A DNA stretch of 64,000 nucleotides from Blastocystis sp. Blastoise (Eukaryota > Protista > Bigyra: Opalinata), in assembly GCA_039096225.1 (NCBI GenBank), contig JBBPEB010000032.1, forward strand, positions 372,001-436,000. The letters are read 5' to 3'. This document shows positions 16,840-41,613 of the stretch, piece after piece (positions within the stretch are counted from its first letter, which is position 1; each line of letters starts with the position of its first letter). The translations under genes were made by a program, and so were the position numbers. Under the pieces are notes generated by a model. The model was given only the letters and a program-made list of their open reading frames with translations, was not told where the DNA came from and did no database searches.

Positions 16840-18402
16840 TTAATAATTATTTCTATATCCTGAATTATAATTTTTATTATTAGTACTATTTCCACGGTAA
16901 TTACTTGGTTGATAAGGTTGATTGCTATAGTCGTTATTATAAGGTTTATAGTTATTATTATTATTATTATATGTATTATTAGAATAACTTTGAGAATGAG
17001 TAGAAGAATGAGAATTATTATTATTATTCATAGAATTACTGGGATAAGAAGAAGAAGACGAAGAAGGATAAGAATTAGTATTATTATATGCTTTTGACGA
17101 GGAAGAAGGATAAGAAGAAGAATTAGAATTATATTTAGTAGCATTTGAAGGATAAGAAGAACTCGTTTGAGTATAATTATTCTTATTATATGAAGAAGAA
17201 GAAGGATAAGAAGAAGAAGAATTTGTTTGAGGATAGTTATTACTATTAGTATTAGTATTATAGTTAGTATTAGGGTAAGAGTCTACAGCATTAGCGGGAG
17301 AATAATTGGCGGTAGAGGGATAAGAAGATCCAGGATAAGAAGATCCAGGATAGGTAGTGTTTTTAGATACAGTAGAAGATTGTTTATATGTATTAGGAAG
17401 AGGGAGAGAGAGTGGAGGAGGAGGAGGAGGAATATTAAATGATTTATAAGAATTACTATTACTTGTATTTATACTATTATTATTATTAGATGTATTATTA
17501 TCATATGTATATGAATGTGAATAATTTATAGTTGCAGTTGTATTATTATTATTAGAAGAAGAAGGAACATATGAATTTGAATAATTATTTGATTTTGAAG
17601 AATAATAATCGTTAGAATAGGAGGGACGAATGGGACGGGAATCAGTAGAGGGTGTAGAATCGCGGGAATAATGACGACTCTTATCATATTTGGTAGTAGA
17701 GGGATAGGAATAATCTTTAGTAGTAGAAGAGGTTGCAGACATATTATAATCTTTTGAATAAGAATCTACTTTTTCTCGTGAATAATTGGTATTTTTAGTA
17801 TCATAATAATTATCATAATCTTTTCTTTTTGGTTTATAACTATTTGAATACATACTTTTATCGTTATTATTACTATCAATAGAACGTTTATTATCTCCAT
17901 AAGAATGATTTGAGGGATCTGTTGAATCATATTTAGAGGGATAGTGAGTATTTCTAGATCCAGGATAACGTGTAGAAGGAATATCACTTGATGAATCATA
18001 ATATTTCTCTGTATATTTCTCATTATAATTATTAGTTGAAGGTCTTTCAGAATATTGATTATTATAATACTTTGATTTATCAGTATATCCTTCTGAATAA
18101 TAAGATTGATTGGAGGTATTGTTATAATTATTCTTATCATTAGGTTTAGAATAAGTATCTTTATAATTATCAGAGAATTTTGAATTATAATTATCATTAT
18201 GTTTATCACTATATTTATTACTATATTTATCATTATGTTTGTTACTACTATAATTATCATTATAATTATCATTAAACTTTCTATTCGACTTATAATTATC
18301 ATTATAATTATCTCTCTTTCCTTCTTTATATCTATTATCATAAGAACGAGAATAATCGCGGGAATCAGGCTTTTCAGAAGACATTAATGCTATGAGGGAA
18401 GA

Positions 18403-18472
<70 letters not shown>

Positions 18473-18478
18473 GTAATG

Positions 18479-18521
<43 letters not shown>

Positions 18522-20188
18522 AGTAGCAGTAAGAGGAGAAGCGAGAGGAATATTATTTGTATTTCGATACTCTTTACACCGTTTTGTATAATCCACTTTC
18601 AAATTCTCATCCTCAAACTTATATCCTGATAAATATTTTACCTATATATATATATTATTATTATTATTATATGTATATAAAATAATAAATATAAAAAAAA
18701 TAAATATAAAAATAATAATAAATATAAAAATAATAATAAATATAAAAATAATAATAAATATAAAAATAATAATAAATATAAAAATAATAATAAATATAAA
18801 AAAAATAAATATAAAGATAATAATAAATATAAAAAAAATAAATATAAAGATAATAATAAATATAAAGATAATAATAAATATAAAAATAATAATAATTATT
18901 AAGATAATTAAATATAAAAAATATATAATAATAAAAATAATAATAAATATAATAAGTATATATATATATATACAGCATTATCAGCAGATGATTGAAGAAG
19001 ATAGTTAACAAAACACCACGAGTGACCTTGAGCGACTTCAGGATAAAACAATCTCATACTATTAATAGACCCTTGTTGAAGGAAGAGAGTAAATATACCA
19101 TAATAATCAGGCTTAGACTTTAAGTTACTATATATATATATATAGGTATATAGTATAATAAACAGAATAAATAATAATATAATAAATGATAATAATAAAC
19201 ATAATAAACATAATAAATACAATAAATATATCCAATAATAAAAAAAATCATAATGAATAGAATAAACATACCCAACAAAAACTTCACTTCCTTGTTGCGC
19301 GTCACTGGGGTCTGCATAACGGTAAACAATTAAACGTTTTCCAAATAGAGAGATTCCCATGAATAATTGAATAACATAAGGAGGTGATTCTGGTCCAGTA
19401 AATTGAACATAAGCAATTCCTTTAGAAAGACCATTACTATCAGTAGCCATAAATAATCGTTTTACTGGTCCTCCTTGACTCATCAATTCATGTAATAATT
19501 TACTAGTCACTTTCGAATCTAAATTATCTACAATAACAGTAGTCTCAGGATCTTTTGGAATTAAGGAATAATCTTCGTAGGATTTTATTCGATGAACAGA
19601 ATATGAATCTCCAGAAACAACCAATAATTGAGATTTCTAGAGAAAAGAAAAAGTTTTTTAAAAATGATGATACTTATTCTAATAAAAAAAATATTCTTTT
19701 TGATTCATAATTCATACTTTAACAGCTGTGTAAAGAACATTTGAATACTCTGTTTCTGGTATAGACGTTTCTTTGAAAATATCCTATAAAAATATATATA
19801 TATATAAAAAAAAAAAAAATTAATTTAGTGTTGAAATGAAAAATATAAGGTATAAACGTTTCATAATTATACTAACTATATATATTGATATATAAAATAT
19901 AAATACTCTGACTTTAGGAAAAGACACAAACACAGAAAAGGGAATATCTCCATTTACATCCATTTTTTGTTTAAGGAATTTGTCCTTAGATAAATTCTCA
20001 TCACCAAAGTAGTATTCCAATTGTTTACGTAACTTGTCAAGTAATTCTTCAGGATAACTACTTATCTTTGTCTGAGATAGTGTAGCGTTTTCTAATAGAG
20101 CTGGATCAAGTTCTAGCTCATTTTTCTTTTCAGTTTCCTCCACTTCAGGTATCGTGTTAGCAATTTCTTCCTCAGGAGTTGTTTCCAT
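16840..20188 (-). CDS. La-motif + two RRM RNA-binding protein with a ~510-aa S/N/Y low-complexity tail
   Basis: La motif LRKQLEYYFGDENLSKDKFLKQKMD...SFPKV; RRM1 VIVDNLDSKVT...QGGPV...KGIAYVQF; RRM2 VFVGNL...WCFVNY. Six exons splice in frame into the 514-aa ORF. Confidence 0.85.
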
Positions 20189-20482
20189 TTTTGATTACCT
20201 TTAAATAATTAATTTAAAAACAAGTGATAATTCATACAGAACAAATTTCTAATAGTTCAATCAATAAATCAAAAAATATTAAATGTTTATTTCAAAAAAA
20301 AAAACGTTTTTGAAAAATACTAAAATTATCTCTAGTTTTAATGAAATAATCGTTGTTTTAATATTTTTTTTTATAATTGCTTTCTCACGAAGTGCAGTTG
20401 TTTAAAGAGTTGTATATATATCATTTATATATAGTTCAAAGTAAAATGTATATACATATATTTTATAGAAAATTTAAAGGAC

Positions 20483-23440
<2,958 letters not shown>

Positions 23441-23880
23441 TTCTAAAAGCAACTCTATTTTTTCAATATTATCTTTTTTTTCGATATTTATTTTATTATT
23501 TATTTCTTCATTACTATTATTTGAAGTCATTAAAAAGAATTATTTCTGAACCATATATGTATATTATATTAACTCCTTTTAAATATATGAAGACATTCAA
23601 TTAAATCACAGACTATATACTTTTTCATACTTATAAAAAAATTCAAATAGTTTATTGTTATCATTATTTATATAATTAATAATTATATTATTAAAAAAAC
23701 ACAATAAGTAAATAGAACAAAACAAATATATATATATATAGAATAAGTCTGAAGAACAAAATGTATATATAGAGTATGAATAATAAATGAAAAACAAGGA
23801 GTATCTATATATAAAAGATATTATATACTTTAAATAATAATAAATAATACATATATATAAATGAATAGAATATAAAAGAA

Positions 23881-24763
23881 TTAGATTCTTCTTAAAGATT
23901 TCACTTTTTGTCTAGTTACATTTAATAAAGGTGATTGTTCAATTTCCAAATTTAATGGTTCTGAATCATCAATAGTAGAGACAGCAGTATATTTTATACG
24001 TTTACAATTAGTAATTGCATAGAAAATGCATGTGACAATAATGATAAAGAATACAATAACATGAACAGGGCTTACTTTATTTGCTATTTGATGGCCTAAT
24101 AAAGTAGTATACGTTGTTAAATGATTCGTTTGAGCATGAACAAATCGGGTCAAATCACTAGAATCATAGTATAATATAATAAATATAATAATAAATATTA
24201 GTATAATAATCATTATTATAATTATTATTATAAATATAATAAACAATAATAATAAATATAAGTTTAAAATAAAAAATAGAGTATAACTCCTTACAACTAC
24301 ATAAATAAATTTTGAAAAACAATAAATAAATTATAAAAAACAATAAGTAAATATAAAAATATAAAAAAATATATATACCTTGCTGTTTCAAAATCACTAC
24401 AGTCTAAAACAGTACTATTTTGGAAAATGATGAGATAAGTAGGATATTTTGTAACATTGAATGATCTACAGATAGAAACCAAAGGAGCACAATTGATTCG
24501 TACACCAATTCTATGATTTTTCATTGTATCCATTTTCTTCATTGCTTCTTCAAAAACAGGATGCTTCTTTTCACAATCTGCACAAAAATCAGTATAGAAT
24601 TCTCCAACAATAGCTGTTCTTGATGTTACCAAACTGTTCAGTTGTTCAGCTTCAGTGATTGTGATGACATCACCATGAACAACCTATTTTTTTATTTAGA
24701 AGACATAAATCAATATAATACAGTAAATAAAAATAATGTAAAAATGACGTAAATAAGTCTCAT
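23881..24763 (-). CDS. Single-thioredoxin-domain type-I membrane protein (TMX-like)
   Basis: Signal peptide MRLIYVIFTLFLFT, EFYTDFCADC, ICRSFNVTKYPT, TM VHVIVFFIIIVTCIFYAI, short cytosolic tail; three exons. Confidence 0.8.
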
Positions 24764-25112
24764 TTGGCAAAAACAATAATAAAATAAGCTTCTAAAATAT
24801 CTAGTTCTTTTTTCTGTAAACCAAAAGCAGTATACAAAATCGAAAAAATAGTGAAGAAAAGATACAGAATCGTGAGAAACTAAATGTTTTTATGTATTTT
24901 CAGCTCTATATCTGAATATAGTGTTTTATGCTGAAAATACAAGGGAGTCAGTTTTTTATGAAGTTTTTCATTATTTGCGAATCATTAGGAAAACACACGG
25001 TATTTACTGAATAGAATCGTGGTTTTCATTATTCGAGTAAGACAATATATCATAACAAAAGATGTTTCTTTTACTAATTTATAAAAAAAATTACAAAAAG
25101 GAATAAACTATT

Positions 25113-25866
25113 ATGTGTGATAATTGGGATAAATATTGCTTACCATCAGATGCTGATGTGGATCTGATTAATCATAATTATAATTTAATTAAACAAAGCT
25201 TTAGTAACGGATTAAAAGAAATTAACTATGAAACTAGTGATAATCTTAAAAGAAAAGTTGATGAAAAGAAACCAGTTCAATCAATGAAATCCACCATGAG
25301 TTTATTCGGAAAGAGAAAGGATGAATTTGTGTATGTTTAGCTATGTTAGTTAATTCATTCTTAGTTTTGTTTTCTTCTTATTTGAGGTATTGTATTAATT
25401 ATTATATTATATAGTGTTCCAGAACATCCTATTGAGAGTCCTATTGATGATTGGACATTTATATTCAAATATAGACTTTATCAGAGTCTTGATCTTTATT
25501 TACAACAAAGTCAACAAACGAATCCATCAGATACTGGAGTTAACTATCGAGTTAAAGTTTTCAAAGATGAAATATCTATGAATATTTCTGTATTTATATA
25601 TTGTTAATTTATTGCTATATTTATATAAATGATTAAAAATAAAAAATATATTTATTTATATATATATTTATATATATATAGGATGTAAAAGATAATTATA
25701 ATACTCAAACTGAAGAAATAATAAAGAAGATTATGACTTGGAGAAATGATAAGAAGAATAAAGTAATACATAATACAGAAAATCCCAAACAATTATGGTC
25801 ATCTCTTATTAATATTATTCAAATTAATGAAGTATATATTAGTATTTATTATTTGTTATTATTATG

Positions 25867-25932
<66 letters not shown>

Positions 25933-27760
25933 GCTTATTATTTATTATTTATTGCTTATTATTATTATTTTCTCATATTTTTTTTACTTGAATTCTGTTT
26001 AATAGTATTCATTTATATATATATATACTTTTTTTAAATATAATTTTTCGAATCAATCTATTATATATAATAAACGATATATATATAGCAAGATCCTGCT
26101 GCATCTATGATGGATTCCACATTTCAATCTCAATATACTTCTATTCTCTCTCAACATGCATCAAATCATATAACAACTTCTTTAGGAACAGATCCCTCTA
26201 TCCAACAATGTCTCCGTACATTCTTTACAAAGATATTTCATGTTTGGAATCAACCGATTAATCCTAATTTATGGCTGAATCAAAAACCAGGAAGTTTCAG
26301 TCATATGGAATATCAAGGCATGCTCCTTCATTCTATAAGCATGTTTATTTGTATATATCGAAAAGTTATTGAAGGATTATATAGCAATAAACAAGAATTA
26401 TTAGGATCATATGGTGTAGATTATAGTATATTATACTCATTATTATACTTATTACTTTGTTTGTTATTTGTTTATTATGTTTATTATTATTATACTTATT
26501 ATACATTATTATAATCATTATTATACTTATACTTATACTTATTATTATACTTATTATACATTATTATAATCATTATTATACTTATTATTATTATTATTTA
26601 TATATATATCTTATGATGCTATTATATATAACTATAGCTGTTACCTTAATTTTGGCTGATGTGAATAATATCTTTGAGCTTCTTATTCAAAAACTAAAAG
26701 AGAAATATTCATTCCTTTCAGATCCTTCTATATGGTTATATATATCACAAATTATACGTGATAATTTATTTATTCAAGCTTATCCCGTTCTTCAAATACC
26801 TTTCTATCTATTTTACTGTATATATATATATATATTTATAATCTTATTATTTTATAATTATTATAATGTGTTTTAATATATAAACATAGATATATATTAT
26901 ACTCTATTTTTAAAATCAATATATTATTTTAAAATAATATCCAATATATATATATAGTAGCTCAAGATAATTCATTTAGTAGTAATATCCAAGCATATTC
27001 TGCTCTAAGCCCGCGTTCTTTTGATGTTCCCGCCAAATTATTTAATGATATGATATTATATGAATTTCCTTCTGATTCTGAAGGATTTACAGATATAGAT
27101 AAAGAATGGATGTATATAGAAACTATATTCCAAGAACCTATTGCTGTGCTGAAACAGATTTCAGCAGATATCAGTCCACTTTCCAGACTTTCTAAACTGA
27201 CTGTTGCTCTATTTATATCCTAATAATAATAATTATATATATATATATTTATTATTAATTAATAATAATTATTAATAATGATCATAGACATCTCTTCTTT
27301 TATTTATATATAAATTTCTTAATTAATTTACCAACTTAACGATCTTGGCCAATCATTTTGTCCTGATGGAACACAATTAACTAGACCTCAATTAGTATCT
27401 CTCATTGTTTTCTGTATTGTTTTGGTATATATATTATGATTATTATTATGTTTATTATTATATTTATTATACGTATAATTATATTTATTATAATATTATT
27501 ATTATATTATTATTATTATATTATTATTATATTATTATATATATAGTCTAACCTTAGTTCTTGTGTATTCCATTCTCAGTTATTAAAAGCATTTATATTC
27601 CCAGATATGCAAGCTTCTCGTTATTGTATATATATATACTCATTTTTATATCAATATCTAATACAATTTCTTATTTCTATTAATAAATTAATGCTTTTTC
27701 TATATAGACCAAGCATTAAGTATGTTTTTTGAAGTAGTAGATTCCGTTTGTAAACAATAA
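25113..27760 (+). CDS. Protein with a C-terminal VPS9-like (Rab5-GEF-like) domain
   Basis: C-terminal EPIAVLKQISADISPLSRLSKL...LTRPQLVSLIVFCIVLSNL...QLLKAFI...YYQALSMFFEVV resembles the VPS9 helical pattern. The model needs an AT-AC intron at 27215-27331. Confidence 0.6.
27215..27331 (+). other. U12-type (minor spliceosome) AT-AC intron
   Basis: 5' ATATCCT, branch-like TTTCTTAAT at 27315-27323, 3' TTTAC|. Phase-0 join gives KLTVALF|QLNDLG and removes in-frame stops. Confidence 0.8.
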
Positions 27761-28246
27761 AATAATATGAATTGATTATCTATAAAATTTATTTTTTTTT
27801 TACTATTTTAACATACTTTTTTATTATCACTATTATGCATTTTATCTTTTGCTTCTCTTTTGTTTCTTGTCTTTAGATATCTTTAAATATATAAATGAAT
27901 TTTCTTTTCAAATTGTTGCAATTTTATTATTATCAGTGTTATCGATATTTAAGTATTATACAAATACACAATATAGAATGTAATATACTCCAAATAAACG
28001 TTTAAATGTAATAATATAGAATTTACTAAATGATGATCAACTATTGAGTAACATAAAAAACATTTATTTCACTGTTTAGAATATGCAGTTCACTTATAAC
28101 ATTAAGTTATTTTAAATATTCATATTATAACTGCACACGAAGAAACAAACAACTTTAGAAAATTTTTTTTACGGGGATCACTTTGTGATATGCTGGGCAA
28201 CTGGAAAGTTTCCTTTGAATAATTTATTTTTTATGTTATCATCAAC

Positions 28247-29614
28247 ATGGAGCCAGTTATAACTAAAAAAAGCTTACCAACAGATATAAAATCTAAAATG
28301 AAATATATGTTTAAACATTCATTGTAGTATGTCATTCTTCATGTTTCATTCTCTAATTGATTTTTTTGAAGTGGAATTGTATCATTTATTGTTGGTTATA
28401 TACTTGAGTGCTGCTTGTTATATGTGTATTACATAACGCTAGAGGATACTGTTGAAATCAAATGGACACTTTTCTTTGAATCCTCCTTTATGACTACAAA
28501 AGAGAAATTCTTTATGACTGGTGCATTTGTTCCATTCTTTCTTTTCTTCATAGGAATAGCTATAACATGTATTTAATTCAACTTATCTATCTATATTATT
28601 ATAAAATTATTCTCTATAGTAATTTTATGCTGTTTACCAAAGCCAATTGGATGCAATCAATATTGGAAGGAAGATAAAAATAATCAACGTTTTCTTATTT
28701 TGTATATAGAATAATATTATTCATTTGATAATATATATATAGTTTAAGTAATTGGTCCTATTTAACTGGATTTTATATAAGTGTATTATTTATAAATGGA
28801 TTATTCCCTATATGGAGATATAATTTACTTGTATATATATAAATATATTTGTTAATAATATTATTTTACATATATTTGTTTCTTATATTATAATATCATC
28901 ATAATAATTATAATATATATTTCTTATATAATTATATATTTATATATATATATAGTGTAACCCAACTAAGTCTCATACTTCTCCTTGTACTCAAAATACT
29001 GATTTATTACCTCAATTTATACTCCTTCTTGTTGGACTTCTTATAGCTATTATTGTTATTATTAAATATCTTGTTCTTATTCAAAAGTATATTAAATATT
29101 ATATATTATTATTATATTATTATTATTATTATTATTATTATATTATTATATTATTATATATTATCATTTTTTTAAATAATATTAATATACATTATTCATT
29201 TAATATTATTGTATTCCATATATACTATCTAATTTATATTATATTCATTATTCTATAGATGGGACAATCCTAATTTGAATTTATTCCCTGAACAAGCATG
29301 GCATTTTAAAATATTTTATTTCAATTCTCAAGTATATATACATATATATATAATATATTGACAAAAATTTCTTGTTTTTTTTTAAATCTATTTTATTAAT
29401 CATTCATATATATATATTTATATATCACTATTCTATTCTATATAATATAATAACTATATCTATATATATTATTAAGGATTCTTCCTATAATACCAAATAT
29501 CCTGGCGGATTTGGAAAAACACAAAATTTTGCTCATACAAAATCATGGATTAATAATTATCTTATTATTGTTTTAATACTCACTTTTTTTGATACTCTAT
29601 ATATTTATATATAA
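28247..29614 (+). CDS. Multi-pass membrane protein with DUF1648-like and DUF5808-like motifs (bacterial-type family), seven exons
   Basis: YYITLEDTVEIKW resembles the DUF1648 LP.TIP.HW motif. C-terminal WHFKIFYFNSQD...KYPGGFGKTQNFAHTKSWI matches the DUF5808 pattern W..G.FY.N..D....KR.G.G.T.NFA...W. Several hydrophobic helices; six GT-AG introns in phase. Confidence 0.7.
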
Positions 29615-30258
29615 TTCTCACTGTTTTATCATTTCTCATGTATTACATATTTCTTTTATGAGTTAATACTGTTTCCTTGCTTATTTTTATAATTAATTTT
29701 ATTACGTATTCTTTTATAGTTTAAAAAACATTTAAATTAGTTATAAATACAAAAAAAAAACTAAAAAACCCCTATAAACATACATTTACTTGATATAATT
29801 TGTTCTATTTAATTATCAAGATGCTTAATCAAATTTATCTTTCTTTTATAGCAGAGAATCATAATGATAAAGATAACAAATAATTACATCATCATTTCTA
29901 ACTATCCATTTCAAATTCTTATTACGAATTTCGTATATGACTTTTAAATTAGAATTGAATAAAAAACCTATTTCATTTTAAAAGCTTTAGAGAAGCGAAT
30001 TAATATATATATATATTTATTTTTCAAAATATTTCGACTCAACAGTTCATGTAATATATTCTTCACAATTAAACAAATATATCATTATTGCAAAATTCTA
30101 TCAATAAATTACGTAAATGGAATATCTCTTCAAAAGAAAAATCTCAGATTGAGATCAACGTTGTATCTGAATCCAAGACACAATTAATTTCTCTTTTTAT
30201 ATCTGACAAAGTATTTTATTGTTTATTTGTTTTGTTGTTGTTCGTATATCCATATTCA

Positions 30259-32643
30259 ATGTTTAGATTGAATATATTATTGATACTTTTCACATTAACA
30301 ATATATGTTTCTGCTTCAAGCGACATATATGAAGAATTTCCTACAAATTCAACTGCTCAATGGATTTGGACTGAAGAAAATAAAGTTTCTGGACGCTGGG
30401 TAGCATTTAGAAAGATATTTATGAATGACTCTCCATTTGATACGTATATAATGTCAATTGCTGTTGATTCCAAGTACTGGTTATGGATTAATGATAAATT
30501 AGTTGTTTACGAAGGAGGTATGAAACGTGGTCCTAATCGTAATGATGGTTTCTATGATTCTATTGATATAACGTCTTCCATTCAACCAGGAAAAAATCTG
30601 TTTAGTATATTAGTTTGGTACTTTGGTCGATCCTCTTCTTCCCATGTATCTAGTGGTCAATCAGGTCTTATTTTCACTTTAAATGATGACATTCTTGTTA
30701 GTGATAACACTTGGAAAGTAATGCCAATGGAAGCTTATCAAGATGATGTTATTAATCCTAGTGTATTATTATCAGAACCAAATGTATTCTATAATGCTTC
30801 TAGAGCCATAGAGAATTGGCAATCAGTTGATTTTATAGATGATCAATGGCCTAATGCTAAAGAATATGGTGGCTATCCTTGTCAACCATGGAATCAGCTT
30901 TGGAAACACAATATACCACAATGGTATATTGGTCCAATTATAGAAAAAACTGGTTCTGAAATACTTTTCATAAAGAATATGACTAAAGAAGAAATAAAAA
31001 CTGAATATGTAATGGATGTTGATGAAGATTATGTTCATTATATGATTCACTTACCTAGAAATATTCAATATACACCTTATATTCATGTAATTAGTTCATC
31101 AAATAAAGTTTTGTTTTTAGATCCAGAAATCAAGAAGATTACTATTGAAGTAACTCATTCAGCAAAATATATAACAAAAGAGGGTGATCAAAAATATGAA
31201 TCCTTAGGGTGGTTGAATGGTCAAACGGCACATTTTATTGTTCCTCAATCAATTCAAATTGTTTCATTTGGTTATCGTGAATCTCGTTATAATAGTGACT
31301 TCTCAGGTACTTTTGAATGTAATGATCTATTCTATAATCAATTATGGGAAAAATCACGTAATTCATTGATTGTAACAGTTCGTGATAATTTTATGGATTG
31401 TCCTGATCGAGAACGTACTCATTGGACAGGAGACCAAGTCATTGAATCTAGAATGGCTTTCTATGTAACTGATCCTTCTTTATATCCTTTGATACGTAAA
31501 GGTATATTAATCACTCAAGATTGGTCAAATGAAGATCATGTTATACCAACTGTAGCACCATCACCAAATTGGATTGAATTACCTGCTCAATCATTAGCTG
31601 GAATATATGGTGCTTATCTATATACATATTATACAAAAGATTTATCTGTTTTAAAACATGGATATATAGTCTATAAAGGTTATGTATTAAATCAATTTAA
31701 TATGTCTTCTAATGGTCTTATTGAATATAGACATGGACAATGGGATTGGATAGATTGGGGTGATCATATAGACAGTTATCTTGCTCAAACAGCTTGGTAT
31801 GCATATATACTTCAATTTATGATTAAAATATGTATATTAATACAGAATGAAGAAGATATAGTATTATATCAACAACGAGTTGATTCTATACAAATACATT
31901 TCCATGATTATTTCTGGAATAATGCATTAAAAGCGTATAAATCTCCTGATTATAATGATGAAGTAGATGAAAGAGGCAATGCATTAGCTATTATTGCAAA
32001 TCTTGTTCCTAATAATGTTAAAGATAGTATTTTACATTTTATATATACTATGAAACATTCAAGTCCGTATATGGAAAATTATGTTTTAGAATCTTTATTA
32101 CAAAATGGATATATAGATGAAGTATTAGAAAGAATGAAAGATAGATATACAGAAATGGTATCTTTTGATTATAGTACATTATGGGAATTTTGGACCAAAG
32201 AGACAGGTACTTTAAATCATGGCTGGTCAGGAGGAAGTGTATACCTATTTCCTATGTATATAGCAGGAGTAAAACCTACTCGTATGGGATATGATTCTTA
32301 TGATATTAAACCTAATCTTGGATCGTTAACAAAAGTTAATAGTCGTATTCACACTATTAAAGGTGTAATAACTATAAATATTAATAAACAAATAATAAAT
32401 AATAATGAAACTGAAAGTATTTTAATTGAGTTGAAATCTATTCCTGATTCTTTAGCTACTTTATATTTAAAATCAAATAAATATACATTACTTAAAATAA
32501 ATAATATTTCTCTTCAATTAGTCAATTATACTCCTGAAGAACTCTCTGAATTCGAAAAGAATACTTCTACAGCTATTACTACTAATGATGGATATATTCT
32601 CATTACTATGAATAAACTTGAATATACTATTGCAGCTCAATAA
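30259..32643 (+). CDS. Secreted alpha-L-rhamnosidase, glycoside hydrolase family 78 (intronless, 794 aa)
   Basis: Signal peptide MFRLNILLILFTLTIYVSA; IAVDSKYWLWIN...EGGMKRGP; DNFMDCPDRERTHWTGD; W.DWG; TLWEFW...GTLNHGW. The track's start at 30088 is TTG; the first ATG in frame is at 30259. Confidence 0.92.
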   Translation: MFRLNILLILFTLTIYVSASSDIYEEFPTNSTAQWIWTEENKVSGRWVAFRKIFMNDSPFDTYIMSIAVDSKYWLWINDKLVVYEGGMKRGPNRNDGFYDSIDITSSIQPGKNLFSILVWYFGRSSSSHVSSGQSGLIFTLNDDILVSDNTWKVMPMEAYQDDVINPSVLLSEPNVFYNASRAIENWQSVDFIDDQWPNAKEYGGYPCQPWNQLWKHNIPQWYIGPIIEKTGSEILFIKNMTKEEIKTEYVMDVDEDYVHYMIHLPRNIQYTPYIHVISSSNKVLFLDPEIKKITIEVTHSAKYITKEGDQKYESLGWLNGQTAHFIVPQSIQIVSFGYRESRYNSDFSGTFECNDLFYNQLWEKSRNSLIVTVRDNFMDCPDRERTHWTGDQVIESRMAFYVTDPSLYPLIRKGILITQDWSNEDHVIPTVAPSPNWIELPAQSLAGIYGAYLYTYYTKDLSVLKHGYIVYKGYVLNQFNMSSNGLIEYRHGQWDWIDWGDHIDSYLAQTAWYAYILQFMIKICILIQNEEDIVLYQQRVDSIQIHFHDYFWNNALKAYKSPDYNDEVDERGNALAIIANLVPNNVKDSILHFIYTMKHSSPYMENYVLESLLQNGYIDEVLERMKDRYTEMVSFDYSTLWEFWTKETGTLNHGWSGGSVYLFPMYIAGVKPTRMGYDSYDIKPNLGSLTKVNSRIHTIKGVITININKQIINNNETESILIELKSIPDSLATLYLKSNKYTLLKINNISLQLVNYTPEELSEFEKNTSTAITTNDGYILITMNKLEYTIAAQ

Positions 32644-32915
32644 ATTATATTATCTATCTTATATATATATATATTTTTTAATAATAATAAGAAAGCGTTT
32701 TAATATGAATATATATGTTATAGTTATAATATATAGTAAATATTTTAATATATGGTTTTGTATTCATGAGAAACAATTCTGGCAATTAATTTGTTGATAT
32801 CAATTGACGCGTTTTATGTAAAAAAAAAATGAACAAATAAATATACATAATATTTTACATACGTTATTAATAACAATATACTAAAGAAAATGATATATAT
32901 TTATATATATATATT

Positions 32916-36527
<3,612 letters not shown>

Positions 36528-36971
36528 TGGTTTTTATGTTTTTCTATACTTGATTAATTTAAATATGATATTCAGATCAGTTTATACTATTATCTGGACT
36601 AAATAGCACAAGTATTGACGAATAATCAACACAACTTAATTGTTTTTATTAGAATTTGAATATTCATATGGTCAATTAAACAATATTTGATTCTTGTATT
36701 CTTTATATCATAATAAAATGTTTTTGATATCTTTATTTTTTAAATAACAAAACAAATGAATAAAAAATAATATTAAAAAGAAACATAATTTAATTTAATG
36801 TATATACTATAAACAAAAACTGAAAATTAGATTATTAATATTTTGAAATTGTTATTATTAGTTAATATTTACATGTATCAAGAAAAATATATTATACTAA
36901 CTTTCTATTCTAATAAAGTCATTATAAATATATATGTACATATATGTATGATATAGATTTCAGCGCAACTA

Positions 36972-41613
<4,642 letters not shown>

